Part shown: positions 36,895 to 47,120 of the stretch, one piece after another | Layout of the letters: each line of letters starts with the position of its first letter | Position numbering within the stretch: the first letter of the stretch is position 1 | Origin: Actinomycetota bacterium | GTDB taxonomy: Bacteria > Actinomycetota > Geothermincolia > Geothermincolales > RBG-13-55-18 | Length of the DNA: 64,000 nt | Reading direction: 5' to 3' | Assembly (NCBI GenBank): GCA_014360645.1 | Contig: JACIXD010000016.1 | Location: 12,395 to 76,394 of the forward strand | Notes under the pieces: model-generated | Told to the model about the DNA's origin: nothing | Database searches by the model: none | Seen by the model: only the letters and a program-made list of their open reading frames with translations | Made by a program: the position numbers and the translations under genes

Positions 36895-38532
36895 ATGTCC
36901 CTGCCGGACAGGAACAACCCCTACAGCTTCAACCCCTACCTGGAGTGGCGCAGCAAGGTCGATTACTATGCCGACGACCCCTTCCTCCAGGCCATGGTGC
37001 GCGCCTTCGCGGGCGAGGAGGCGGAGGAGGTGGACCGCGAGGCGAGGGAGTTCTCCAGGAAGGCCTCCTTCCGCTGGCGCGACTTCGCCGAGCGCATCGC
37101 CGCGCCGGAGAGACGCCCGTACATGATGCACTACGACGGTCACAAGAACCGCATCGACCGCATCGTCAGGCCCTACGAGGTCGAGGTCATGGAGAAGGAG
37201 GTCTTCTCCGAGGCCCTCTTCTCCCCACGCACCTCGCCCTGGACACGCTTCATCAAGATCGCCCTCCTGAGCCAGAACTCCGAGGCCGGGATACTCTGCC
37301 CCGTAGCCTGCACCTGGGGGCTGGTGGCGCTGCTGGAGAAATACGCGGACACCCCGGAGACCCTGCGCATCCTGGAGCACGCCAGGGACGGCATCGACGG
37401 CGACTTCGCCATCGGGGCGCAGTTCGTGTCCGAGATCCAGGGCGGCTCCGACGTCCCCGCCAACCTCGTGGAGGCGGTGCAGGAGGAAGGAGGCTGGCGC
37501 CTTTACGGCAACAAGTTCTTCTGCTCCGCGGCCCACGCGGACTACGCCGTGGTCACGGCCAAGCCCCGGGGCTCGGAGAGGGTGGGGCTCTTCGTGGTCC
37601 CCATGTGGCTGCCCGGGGACAAGGAGCGGGAGAGGCGCAACGGCTACACCATCGACCGCCTGAAGTGGAAGCTGGGCACGGTGGAGCTGCCCACCGCCGA
37701 GATCACCTTCGACGGCGCCCTGGCCTATCCCACGGGGCCGCTGGACCGCGGCGTGGCCAACGTAGTGGGCATCGTGCTCACCCTCTCCCGCCTGGTGGTG
37801 GGCATCGGCATGAGCAGCGGCATGCTGCGGGGCCTGCGGGAATGCCGGAAATACGCCGAGTTCCGCACCGCCTTCGGGCTGCCCATCGCCTCCTTCCCCA
37901 TGGCGGCGTGGCAGCTGGAGAAGCACGAGCGCCTGGCCCGCCGCAGCGTGGCGGGATGCTGCAAGCTCTACCGCGACTTCATCGCCCTGCCGGGCGGCCT
38001 GGCGCCGGGCCTTACCACCGACGAGCCTCTGGAGATAAAGAGGAAGCGCTTCGACGTGCGGCAGCTGGTGATGCTGCAGAAGATCACCACCGCCGCGGAC
38101 GCCAACGACATGTCGCGCCTGGGCATCAGCGTCTTCGGCGGCCACGGCGTTATGGAGGATTTTTCCAGCATCCCGCGCATGCTGCGGGACGGCCTGGTCA
38201 ACGAGCTCTGGGAGGGGCCGCGCAACGTGCTCCTCACCCAGATGCACCGCGATTTCCAGAGGGTGGCGGAGTGGTATCCCGCCTCCGAATGCGTGGCGAG
38301 CATCCTGCGGGGCGCCGACCCCGAGGTGATCAGAGGATTCGCCGCGGAGATAGAGGAGCTGCTCTCCATCCCGCATCTCTTCGAGATGAACCCCAGGACG
38401 CTGGAGATCTGCGAGCGCTGGGACGATTTCTGCGCCCGCTTCTTCCACGCCTACCAGGATCTGGCCTTGGCGGAGGCGGAGGCGGGGCCGCGGCGGGAAG
38501 AAAAGAGGATAGAGGAACTGGCGAGAAGATAA
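36895..38532 (+). CDS. Acyl-CoA dehydrogenase, AidB-like
   Basis: GAQFVSEIQGGSDV, LYGNKFFCS, RLKWKLGT..LPTAE, ELWEGPRNV. Confidence 0.88.
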   Translation: MSLPDRNNPYSFNPYLEWRSKVDYYADDPFLQAMVRAFAGEEAEEVDREAREFSRKASFRWRDFAERIAAPERRPYMMHYDGHKNRIDRIVRPYEVEVMEKEVFSEALFSPRTSPWTRFIKIALLSQNSEAGILCPVACTWGLVALLEKYADTPETLRILEHARDGIDGDFAIGAQFVSEIQGGSDVPANLVEAVQEEGGWRLYGNKFFCSAAHADYAVVTAKPRGSERVGLFVVPMWLPGDKERERRNGYTIDRLKWKLGTVELPTAEITFDGALAYPTGPLDRGVANVVGIVLTLSRLVVGIGMSSGMLRGLRECRKYAEFRTAFGLPIASFPMAAWQLEKHERLARRSVAGCCKLYRDFIALPGGLAPGLTTDEPLEIKRKRFDVRQLVMLQKITTAADANDMSRLGISVFGGHGVMEDFSSIPRMLRDGLVNELWEGPRNVLLTQMHRDFQRVAEWYPASECVASILRGADPEVIRGFAAEIEELLSIPHLFEMNPRTLEICERWDDFCARFFHAYQDLALAEAEAGPRREEKRIEELARR

Positions 38533-38555
38533 GGGCCGGCGAGAAGCGGGAGGGG

Positions 38556-39032
38556 ATGCCGATGGGCGGCAAGGGTGGCGGGAGGAAGGCTCGCCCCAAA
38601 ACGACCATCTCCGAGCTGGCGGGGGAGTTCGGCATCACCCCGCGCACCATCCGCTACTACGAGGAGGTGGGCCTGCTCTCCCCCCACCGCGACACCCCCA
38701 CCAGCCAGAGGCTCTACGACGACCGCGACCGGGCGCGCTTGAAGCTCATCCTGCGCGGCAAGCGCTTCGGCTATTCCCTCGCCGAGATCAAGGACATCCT
38801 CGAGCTCTACGACGTGGACCCCACCCAGAGGAAGCAGATCATGCGCACCCTGGAATACGGGCTGCGGCATATCCGCGAGCTGGACGAGAGGATCGAGGAG
38901 CTGCGGGAGATACGCGGGGAGATGCTGGAGTTCGCCGCCGGCTTCCTGCGCATCCTGGAGGAGCGCGGGGAGGACGGGGAGTTCGTGAGCCGTGCCCGCG
39001 AGATCGTGGAGGCGATGGATAGAGGGGACTGA
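38556..39032 (+). CDS. MerR-family regulator, LiuR-like
   Basis: TISELAGEFGITPRTIRYYE...RLKLILRGKRFGYSLAEI. Confidence 0.88.
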   Translation: MPMGGKGGGRKARPKTTISELAGEFGITPRTIRYYEEVGLLSPHRDTPTSQRLYDDRDRARLKLILRGKRFGYSLAEIKDILELYDVDPTQRKQIMRTLEYGLRHIRELDERIEELREIRGEMLEFAAGFLRILEERGEDGEFVSRAREIVEAMDRGD

Positions 39033-39084
39033 AGGCGGCGGGCGGGGCGGGATGCCCGACGAGACGGGGCAGAGGAGGAGAAAG

Positions 39085-40320
39085 ATGTTCGATTTCATCA
39101 TGAGCGAGGAGCAGAAGTCCCTGCAGCAGGAGGTGCGCGACCTGGTGAGCTGGGTCCCGCGCCAGCTCATCCTGGACATGGACGCGATGATCGCGCCCTT
39201 TCCCAGGTTCTTCCTGGAAGAGGCCGGAAAGCGCAACCTCCTCGGGTTGCGCTTCCCGCCCGCGTACGGGGGGCGGGGCCTGAAATGGGAGGACGAGATA
39301 ATCGCCATCTCCGAGATGTCCCTGGTGGGGGTGCCGCTCACCTGCCTCTACTCCCTGGTGAGCATCGTGGGCGAGTGCATCGTGCAGTTCGGCAACGAGG
39401 ACCAGAAGCAGCGCTTCCTAGTGCCCACCCTTAAAGGGGAGAAGGTGTGCGCCGAGGCCCTCACCGAGCCCCGCGGCGGCTCCGACTTCTTCGGCGCCAC
39501 CTGCACCGCACGCCGCGAGGGAGACCATTACGTGCTGCACGGCCAGAAGCGCTTCATCGTGGGGGCGGAGGGCGCCGACTATTTCATGGTCTACGCGCGC
39601 ACGGATCCCGACGCCCCGCCGCGCGACGGACTCTCCTGCTTCCTGGTGGAGCGCGACGACAGCGTGGAGGTGAAGACGGTCTACGGGCTCATGGGAGCGC
39701 GGGGGAGCGGCACCGGCAGGGTGCTCTTCCGCGACACCCGGGTGCCGGCGGAGAACCTGGTGGGGGAGGAGAACGGCGCCTCCCATATCTTCTACCGCAT
39801 GATGGTCCCCGAGCGCATGACCTCGGCGGCGGGCTGCGTGGGGGCGGCGCGGGAGGCCATCGAGCTGGCGGCCCGCTACACCACGCGGCGCAAGGCCTTC
39901 GGGGTGCAGATAAAGAACTTCCAGGCGGTCTCCTTCATGATCGCCGAGAGCCTGGTCAAGCTGGACTCCATGGCCAGCCTCATCTGGATGACCGCCCGGG
40001 CCATCGACTCCGGGGTGTCCCACGGGCGCATGCGCCGCATGGTCTCGGAGTCCAAGAAGTACGCCACCGAGGCGGTGTGGGACATCGTCTACAACGCCAT
40101 GCAGGCCATGGGGGGCATCGCCTACACCAACGTCTATCCCATCGAGAGGATGCTCCGGGACAGCCGCCTGCTCTCCATCTGGACGGGCACCAACGAGATC
40201 ATGAACCTCATCATCCAGCACGAGTTCTACAAGGAGCTGGAGGAGAAGGTGAGGGGGAAGCGCGACGTGGAGCTGGACGCCCCCGAGGCCTTCAACGAGG
40301 AGGAGAAGATCTACGAGTAG
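39085..40320 (+). CDS. Acyl-CoA dehydrogenase
   Basis: ALTEPRGGSD, GQKRFI, RKAFG, QAMGG, IWTGTNEI. Confidence 0.92.
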   Translation: MFDFIMSEEQKSLQQEVRDLVSWVPRQLILDMDAMIAPFPRFFLEEAGKRNLLGLRFPPAYGGRGLKWEDEIIAISEMSLVGVPLTCLYSLVSIVGECIVQFGNEDQKQRFLVPTLKGEKVCAEALTEPRGGSDFFGATCTARREGDHYVLHGQKRFIVGAEGADYFMVYARTDPDAPPRDGLSCFLVERDDSVEVKTVYGLMGARGSGTGRVLFRDTRVPAENLVGEENGASHIFYRMMVPERMTSAAGCVGAAREAIELAARYTTRRKAFGVQIKNFQAVSFMIAESLVKLDSMASLIWMTARAIDSGVSHGRMRRMVSESKKYATEAVWDIVYNAMQAMGGIAYTNVYPIERMLRDSRLLSIWTGTNEIMNLIIQHEFYKELEEKVRGKRDVELDAPEAFNEEEKIYE

Positions 40321-40349
40321 CGGGCGGCGAGTACGGCCGCGCGCCGCCG

Positions 40350-40961
40350 TCAGGGCCGCGGCGCGAGGGAGGCGAGGAAGGGGCGCATGAGGACGGAGAC
40401 GGCTTCCTCGCCCCGGGGGATTAGCCAGTCCTCCTCGTAGGCGAGCATGTACACGAGGAAGAAGTAGATGAGCACCAGGATCCAGGAGACGAAGGAGGTG
40501 TCCAGGGCGGGGTCGAGGGTGCCCTCCTCGATGCCCGCCTGCATGAGCTTCTCGATCTCCTCCGCGCGCTCCGCGAGCAGGCCCTCGATGTTCTCCTGGA
40601 ACCCCCGCGTGGCCGCCTCGGAGATGGTGTTCACCACCACGCGCAGCATGTCCGGGTTTTCCACGCTGAAGCGGAAGTGGCTGCGCATGAGGGCGTCCGC
40701 CAGCTGGTTGAAATTGGAGGCTTCCGGGAGCTCCTTCCAGAGGTGGTCCACGATGGACCCGTACACCTCGTTGCGGACGGCGTAGAAGAGCTCGCGCTTG
40801 CCTGGGAAATAACGGTAGATGGCGCGCTTGGTGATGCCCGCCTCCCTGGCGATGTCGTTCATGGAGGCGCCGTCGTAGTTCTTGGCCGCGAAGGCCTTGA
40901 TGGCGGCGGCGATGATCTGCTGCCTGCGGGCTCCCCCCGACCTGCGTGTCCTCTCCGCCAT
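40350..40961 (-). CDS. TetR-family regulator
   Basis: IAREAGITKRAIYRYFPGK HTH. Confidence 0.9.
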   Translation of the reverse strand: MAERTRRSGGARRQQIIAAAIKAFAAKNYDGASMNDIAREAGITKRAIYRYFPGKRELFYAVRNEVYGSIVDHLWKELPEASNFNQLADALMRSHFRFSVENPDMLRVVVNTISEAATRGFQENIEGLLAERAEEIEKLMQAGIEEGTLDPALDTSFVSWILVLIYFFLVYMLAYEEDWLIPRGEEAVSVLMRPFLASLAPRP

Positions 40962-40965
40962 CTCC

Positions 40966-41580
40966 TCACCCCCTTCGCTCCGCCGCCCCGGCCGTCGCCA
41001 GCAGCCGGTCGATGAGGTCCAGGTATTCGGCCTTGTCTCGGAAGGGCACCTCCAGGCCGAGGGCGTTGGCGATATAGACGATCTCCACCAGGGAGATGAA
41101 GCTCCAGGCGAAGTCGGCCACCTCGAGGTCTTTTCTCACCGCCCCCTGGCGCTGTGCCTCCTCGAGCATGTAGGACACGGCGTTGTGCAGGCGGTGCAGG
41201 CGCTGCACTGGCGACCTGCGCAGGCCTCCCGAGCCCAGCTCGGGTATGGAGTAATAATAGGCGCGCATCTTACTGCGGTGGCGGACGGTGTAGTCGAAGA
41301 TGGCCTCGGCCGCTTCCCGCAGGCCCTCCAGGGGGGTGCTCCTCTTCAGCACCCGCTTGGTCACATACTTGGAGATGTCCTCCACCGTGGCGTTGCGCAT
41401 GCTCTCCACCAGGTCGGCCTTGTCCCGGAAATGCTGGTAGAGCACGGGCTCGGTGATGCCCGCCTCCGCGGCGATGTCCGCGGTGGTGCAGCTGTAGTAG
41501 CCCCGGCGCGCGAGGCATCTCTCGGCCGCCTTGATGATGCTCTGCTTCCTCTTGTCGGCAGGCAGCCTCTTTCTTCTCAT
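40966..41580 (-). CDS. TetR-family regulator
   Basis: IAAEAGITEPVLYQHFRDK HTH. Confidence 0.9.
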   Translation of the reverse strand: MRRKRLPADKRKQSIIKAAERCLARRGYYSCTTADIAAEAGITEPVLYQHFRDKADLVESMRNATVEDISKYVTKRVLKRSTPLEGLREAAEAIFDYTVRHRSKMRAYYYSIPELGSGGLRRSPVQRLHRLHNAVSYMLEEAQRQGAVRKDLEVADFAWSFISLVEIVYIANALGLEVPFRDKAEYLDLIDRLLATAGAAERRG

Positions 41581-41764
41581 CTCCCTCGACCTTCGTATCG
41601 ACGCAGCGGTCCCGCGACCGGGCCTCCAGGCCGCTCCCGTTTCGGGACGCCGCGCTTGAGAAAGGCTTCCGCTCCGGCATATAATACCACATCCGAAAGC
41701 CGTTTTCTCGTGGCATGGAATCCCGGAATATCGTTTTCACGGGAGTATATGCGGCAATCTTAGA

Positions 41765-41956
41765 TTAGGGACCGTTTCCTTGCGTTGGGCCAGGGGGGAC
41801 GCCTTCCTCGCCCGCGGGAGGAACGCCGCTCTCGCCATCCCCTGCGCGCCTTTCCCTGGATCTGGCCCGCAGCCAGGCCTTGACGGCGCGCTTCTTGTCC
41901 TCGGGGTCGTCGAGGTCGAAGAGCTCCCCGTCTATCTCCACGCGTCTGCCTTCCAA
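41765..41956 (-). CDS. Small hypothetical protein
   Basis: Host-like codons in the 5' half; TTG start after GGGTGGGG. Confidence 0.4.
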   Translation of the reverse strand: MEGRRVEIDGELFDLDDPEDKKRAVKAWLRARSRERRAGDGESGVPPAGEEGVPPGPTQGNGP

Positions 41957-42062
41957 TACCCCACCCTGTCGGCATACGAAAATGGACTGTTTTATCCAGT
42001 TATTCGGAAGCTGCCGATGCTTTCTTGAACCGCGCCTGGCGGGATCGCTCCCGGCCGGGTGG

Positions 42063-42611
42063 TCAGGAACGTCCGGGGGGGAGCCCGAAGCGCTCCTGGG
42101 ACCTTGCCAGCAGCTTCACCACCGCGGGGTACATGCGCAGCTTGATTCCCAGCAGGCTGGTCTGTATGAACTCGAGGATGACCCCCACCGATTCCCGGGT
42201 GTCCAGGTACGCATAGTCGATGCGCATGCCAAGGCGCTTGAAGGTGCCCTCCTGCAGGATCTCGATACCCGCCTCGCGGCAGGCCCGCACCCGCTCCTCG
42301 AGGTCGCTCACCTCGAAAGCCAGGTGGTGCAGGCCTTCTTCGCGCCCGCCCAGGGTGTCAAGGTACACGTTGGGGCCCTCCAGCACCTGGATCAGCTCAA
42401 GCTGGACCTTGCCTGAGAAGGCCACGCCGATCTTGGACTTGAGCTTGGCCTTGCAGCCCTGGTACTCGCATCGCCTGGCCTTCATGGTCTGTACCAGCCA
42501 GGGCCCGATGCCGAACACCTCCTGGTAGCGGGCGATGGTCCTGTCCATGTCCTTGACGTAGATGCCTACCTGGGAGAGGCGAGGCATGCGCAGGCGGTCT
42601 CCCCTGGACAT
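42063..42611 (-). CDS. VOC-family protein (methylmalonyl-CoA epimerase-like)
   Basis: QVGIYVKD, LELIQ, EGLHHLAF, YAYLDT, ILEFI. Confidence 0.85.
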   Translation of the reverse strand: MSRGDRLRMPRLSQVGIYVKDMDRTIARYQEVFGIGPWLVQTMKARRCEYQGCKAKLKSKIGVAFSGKVQLELIQVLEGPNVYLDTLGGREEGLHHLAFEVSDLEERVRACREAGIEILQEGTFKRLGMRIDYAYLDTRESVGVILEFIQTSLLGIKLRMYPAVVKLLARSQERFGLPPGRS

Positions 42612-42627
42612 CGTGATCCCCCTTTCC

Positions 42628-43254
42628 TCACGAAGCTGTCCGGGCCGGGAGCCGGGAGAGGATGGCGGAGATGGCATCCACCAGGCTCTGTTCGTACTTC
42701 TCCGGCGGGCGGTCCTTGTTGTTCATCCAGTAGGTGACCGTGGACTCCACCATCCCGATGAGGATCACCGCCAGCACGTCGATGTCCTCCCTGGATACCC
42801 TGGCGGTGTCGGTGTAGGAGGCCACCACCCCAGAGACGACCTCGATGATGCTCTTGCGTATCTGGATCACGCGCTCCCTGGCTTTTGCGTCCACGTTGAG
42901 GTCGGTGTCGTAGATGAGGCGGAAGGCCGCCTCCGACCTGGTGACGAACTCGAAATAGGCGTGTACGCTGTGGCGGATGGAGGTGCGCCAGTCCATCTCC
43001 GACGGGTTGGGAAGGAGGAGGGAGGAACGCAGCTCATCTCCCGCGTTGTCGATGATGGCCAGCAGGAGGTCGAGCTTGCTGGAGAAATGGCGGTAGAGGA
43101 TGGGCTTGGTGACCTCGGCCCGCTCCGCTATGGTGTCCATGAGGGCTCCGTGATAGCCGAACTCTACGAAAGCGCTCAGGGCGGCGTCCAGGATCACCTT
43201 CCGGCGTTCCGCGGCCGGCAGGCGCCGCTTGCGATTCTCATCCGCTTCCTTCAT
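42628..43254 (-). CDS. TetR-family regulator
   Basis: IAERAEVTKPILYRHFSSK HTH. Confidence 0.9.
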   Translation of the reverse strand: MKEADENRKRRLPAAERRKVILDAALSAFVEFGYHGALMDTIAERAEVTKPILYRHFSSKLDLLLAIIDNAGDELRSSLLLPNPSEMDWRTSIRHSVHAYFEFVTRSEAAFRLIYDTDLNVDAKARERVIQIRKSIIEVVSGVVASYTDTARVSREDIDVLAVILIGMVESTVTYWMNNKDRPPEKYEQSLVDAISAILSRLPARTAS

Positions 43255-43384
43255 CTCATCACCCCGCAACATATTAGCATCAAAGACTCCGCGCCGAGAA
43301 GTGCGCGAGCGATGCGAGCAGGCTCGATGCCGGATGCTCTCCTTTTGTCTGGAAGGCGGTCCCGCGTCCGTTTCCGCGTAAAGA

Positions 43385-45577
43385 TCATCGAGAGGCCGCG
43401 GGGATGGTGAAGAAGAAGGTTGTGCCCTTTCCGGGCTCCGATTCCACCCAGAGTCGCCCGCCCCAGCTCTCCACCGCCCTGGCGGACATGGCCAGCCCGA
43501 TGCCCAGGCCAGGCGCCGGGGTCGATCCCCGCCGGTAAGGGAGGAACAACTCCTCCTGGAGCTCGGGCGGGATGCCGGGCCCGTCGTCGCGGACGAAGAC
43601 CACCGTCTCGCCGTCTCCCCGCATGGAGCCGGCCTCCACGCTGGGGTCATGGGGACCCAGGTGATGCTTGAGGGCGTTGTCGAGGAGGTTTGCCATGCAC
43701 CTGCGCAGAAGCTCGGGATCGGCAAAGGCCTCGCGCACCCGGAAGGACATCTCCAGGCGGGGGTGAAGCCCGGGGAAAGAGGGGAGGAGCTCCTCCCAGA
43801 GCTCCCGCGTCATCGCCTCGAGGTCCACGCTTTCCTCGCCGCGGCCTCCGAGGTCCCGGCGTGCGAGATCCAGCAGGGAGCCTATGAGGCGCTCCATGTT
43901 CTCGCAGGCCGCGGAGCAGCGGTCCAGGCATTCGGCCTCCTCCGCGTCCAGCTTCCCCGCCGCCGACTCGCGCAGCAGATGGAGGTAACCGCCCATGCTG
44001 GTTAGGGGGGCACGGAGCTCATGGGAGAGAGTATGGGCGAACGTCTCCAGCTCCACGTTGCGGCGCCGCAGCTCGGCCTCCAGCTCCATGCGGGGGGTGA
44101 TGTCGATGTCCATGCAGAAGGCCTCAACGCTCCTGCCCTCCACCACCAGGGGGAAGAGGGTGGAGAGCACCCACCGCACGTTGCCCGCGCGGTCGCGGGT
44201 ATGCCACTCCCGGGGGGAGGAGGGACGCGACTCCCGCCATACCTCGGAGAGGAGCGCCCTGAACTCCGAAGCTCCCTCCTGGTCGAGGATGAGCTGATCC
44301 AGGGTCTTGCCCAGCGCCTCCTGCCGCGAAAACCCGTAGAGCTCCTCGGAGGCGCGGTTCCAGTAGGTGACGCGCCCTTCGGCGTCATATCCCTGCACCG
44401 CGACCAGGGGTGCCTGGTCGATGGCGAGCTTGAAGCGTGTGTCCGCCTCCTCGGCGATGCGCTTATCCACCTCGCTTTCGCCCTGTCCGGGCAGTTCCGT
44501 GACCAGCCCCAGCATCAGCCTGCGCTCCCCGAGGTCCACCGGGGTGCCGGTTACCGCGCATCGCTTGAGGGTGCCGTCCTTGCACCTGCCGGTGCCCACG
44601 AAGCCCTCGAACTCCCCGCGGCGGAGCTTCTCCAGCTCGCTCTCCGAGAGCTGCCGCTCCTCGGGGACGTGCAGGTCCTGCACGTACATGGAGCGCAGCT
44701 CCTCGAGGCTGTAGCCGGTGAGGCGGGAGGCGGCGGGGTTGGCCTCCAGGATGCGGCCGTCGAGCTCGCTCAGGATGATGGCCTCGTTGGCATGCTCGAA
44801 GACGAGGCGGAAGAACTCCTCCGCCTCGCGCTCCCTGGTCACGTCCCGCATCACCGCCAGGGTGGCGATGCCCTGGGAGTCCTCGATGACCGAGGCGGTG
44901 AGCTCTAGGGTTATCTCCCGCCCGTCCCTGCGCCTGACCCAGATGTCGTAGGTCTCCGGGATGCTCTCGCCCGCCCGCCGCCGTCGGTAGCGTTCCGCGA
45001 TGATGTCGCGGGAGGCCGGGGAGGCGAAGTCCAGGAAGGGACGGGAGGTCAGCTCCTCCTCGTCGTAGCCGAGGATCTCGCACAGCTTGGGGTTCACGTA
45101 CACGAAACGGTCGCCGCGCGCCAGGGCCAGGCCAGCGTTCATATGTTCCACCAGGTGACGGTAGCGCCCCTCGGCCTCCTCCCAGCCGCGCTGCGCCCGG
45201 TGTGCCTCCCACTGCTTACGCAGGGTCATGGCCATGCGCTTGAACTGCAGGGAACCCGAGCGCTTGATGAAGTAATCGTTGGCCCCCTCGTGCAGGGCAT
45301 GGGAGGCCACCTCCTCGTTCCCCTGCCCGGTGAGGAAGATGAAGGGTATGGCGGGGTCGCGCCGGCGCACCTCCCGCAGCAGGGCGAGGCCGTCCATGCC
45401 CCCGCCCAGTGCGTAGTCGCTGAGCACCAGGTCTATATGTTCCTCCGCCATGATACGTAGCGCCTCCTCGGCGCTCGCGGCGCCCAGCACCTCCAGCTCG
45501 GGGTCCTGCATGGCCAGGCCCCGCCGGATGAGCAGGGCGTGGTCCTGGTTGTCCTCCACGTGCAGAATGCGGATCAT
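43385..45577 (-). CDS. Hybrid sensor histidine kinase (REC-PAS-PAS-PAS-HisKA-HATPase)
   Basis: LHVEDN, FLTGQG; SHELRAPL H-box; NLLDNALK, DDGPG, GLGIGL. Confidence 0.92.
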   Translation of the reverse strand: MIRILHVEDNQDHALLIRRGLAMQDPELEVLGAASAEEALRIMAEEHIDLVLSDYALGGGMDGLALLREVRRRDPAIPFIFLTGQGNEEVASHALHEGANDYFIKRSGSLQFKRMAMTLRKQWEAHRAQRGWEEAEGRYRHLVEHMNAGLALARGDRFVYVNPKLCEILGYDEEELTSRPFLDFASPASRDIIAERYRRRRAGESIPETYDIWVRRRDGREITLELTASVIEDSQGIATLAVMRDVTREREAEEFFRLVFEHANEAIILSELDGRILEANPAASRLTGYSLEELRSMYVQDLHVPEERQLSESELEKLRRGEFEGFVGTGRCKDGTLKRCAVTGTPVDLGERRLMLGLVTELPGQGESEVDKRIAEEADTRFKLAIDQAPLVAVQGYDAEGRVTYWNRASEELYGFSRQEALGKTLDQLILDQEGASEFRALLSEVWRESRPSSPREWHTRDRAGNVRWVLSTLFPLVVEGRSVEAFCMDIDITPRMELEAELRRRNVELETFAHTLSHELRAPLTSMGGYLHLLRESAAGKLDAEEAECLDRCSAACENMERLIGSLLDLARRDLGGRGEESVDLEAMTRELWEELLPSFPGLHPRLEMSFRVREAFADPELLRRCMANLLDNALKHHLGPHDPSVEAGSMRGDGETVVFVRDDGPGIPPELQEELFLPYRRGSTPAPGLGIGLAMSARAVESWGGRLWVESEPGKGTTFFFTIPAASR

Positions 45578-45880
45578 CTCCGTCCTTTTTCCGTTTGCCG
45601 TATGGAATCTCAGCCGCGGGCTGCGACGGGTTGATGCGGCGCGCCGTCTTCCCGCGGCGGCAGCGGACCTCCTCACGGATGTTTACCCCTTGCTTTACAC
45701 ATTATAGCGCTACGGGCGCGTTTTGGCGCTCTTTAGGCGCGGGAGGCGGCGGGCTCGGTGGGCCGGCTGCCTCGCCGTATCCGCGGAGTCGTGGGGCGGG
45801 CGTGCCCTTTCTCGCCGGCCCGCGTGGCCGGGCGGTGGGGTCACGAGGGCGGAGCGCCCCGTGGGGTTTATAATAGGCGC

Positions 45881-46996
45881 ATGACGGATTTCAGGTACGT
45901 GGACGACCCGGCCGCGCTGGAGGATGCCGTGGAGCGGCTGCGCGGCTGCCGCAGCATCTCCGTGGACCTCGAATCCGACAGCTACCACCATTATGCCGAG
46001 AAGATAGCCCTGGTTCAGGTGTGCGGCGGAGGGGAGATCTTCATCCTGGATCCCCTGCGCGTGGACCTCGCTCCCCTGGCGGACCTGCTGGCGGAGAGGG
46101 GTATCGAGAAGGTCTTTCACGACGTCGACTATGACGGACGCATGCTCCTGACCTACTTGGGGGTGAAGCCGGCTCCCGTCTTCGACACCATGATCGCGGC
46201 GCGGGTCCTGGGGAAAGAGAGGATCGGGCTGGCCGACCTGCTGGCGGAGTATTTCGGCCTGGCCATGGACAAGAGGTTCCAGAAGGCGGACTGGTCCCGG
46301 CGTCCTCTCGGCGTGGGGATGCTGGAATACGCCGCCCTCGACGTTGCCTACCTGGCTTCCCTCCGTGACCGACTCCACGACGAGCTGGTAGGGTGCAGAA
46401 GGGAAGCATGGGCGCGGGAGGAGTTCGAGCGGGCGGTGGAGGGCCTGGAGCCCATGCCCGAGCGCACCGTCGACCTGCGGCGGGTGAAGGGCGCGAGGGA
46501 ACTCTCGCCCCGCCAGCTCGCCGTGCTGCGCGAGCTGATGCGCTGGCGAGAGGAGCGCGCGCGGGAGAGCGACGTCCCCACCTTCAAGATCGTGGGCAAC
46601 GACAGGCTCCTGAAGGTAGCGCAGGCGTGCCCACGCGACCGCGGCCAGCTTGCTGCCTCGGGAGCCCTCTCCGAGAGGCAGATCGCGCGGTTCGGGCCGG
46701 AGATCCTCAAGGCGGTGGGAAGGGGGATGCGGGCGCCTCGCGAGGACCTGCCCTCTATGCCCGTCCCCGTACATCAGAGGCGCGACCTGGCGGCGGAGAA
46801 GATCCTGCGAGAGCTGAAGGCTGCACGCGACCGCAAGGCTGCCGAGCTGGGCATGGACCCCGGCTTCCTCCTCCCTAACGCCGTCTTGAAGGCCGTGGCC
46901 CGCCTCAAGCCCTCCGGAACCGCCGAGCTCGAGGAGAGCGGCCTGCTGAAGGGTTGGCGGCTGAAGATCATGAAGGATATACTCACCAGCGGATGA
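45881..46996 (+). CDS. rnd: Ribonuclease D with HRDC domains
   Basis: VDLESD, FDTMIAA, ADWSRRPL, YAALDV; TATAAT ends 6 nt before the ATG. Confidence 0.88.
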   Translation: MTDFRYVDDPAALEDAVERLRGCRSISVDLESDSYHHYAEKIALVQVCGGGEIFILDPLRVDLAPLADLLAERGIEKVFHDVDYDGRMLLTYLGVKPAPVFDTMIAARVLGKERIGLADLLAEYFGLAMDKRFQKADWSRRPLGVGMLEYAALDVAYLASLRDRLHDELVGCRREAWAREEFERAVEGLEPMPERTVDLRRVKGARELSPRQLAVLRELMRWREERARESDVPTFKIVGNDRLLKVAQACPRDRGQLAASGALSERQIARFGPEILKAVGRGMRAPREDLPSMPVPVHQRRDLAAEKILRELKAARDRKAAELGMDPGFLLPNAVLKAVARLKPSGTAELEESGLLKGWRLKIMKDILTSG

Positions 46997-47120
46997 CCCG
47001 CCGCCGCAAGCCGTGGAGCACTGATCTCGACGGGGCATCTTCCATAATATTCCTCCACCGCACGCGCATGAACCGGCTCCCGCGGTCCCGTACCCGAAAC
47101 CGAGGGCGGGCCCCAGAGCT

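Noticed and set aside
36945-38555. 695-aa ORF ending in the MerR domain
   Set aside because: The N-terminal part is an off-frame overlap of the acyl-CoA dehydrogenase; MerR starts near 38556
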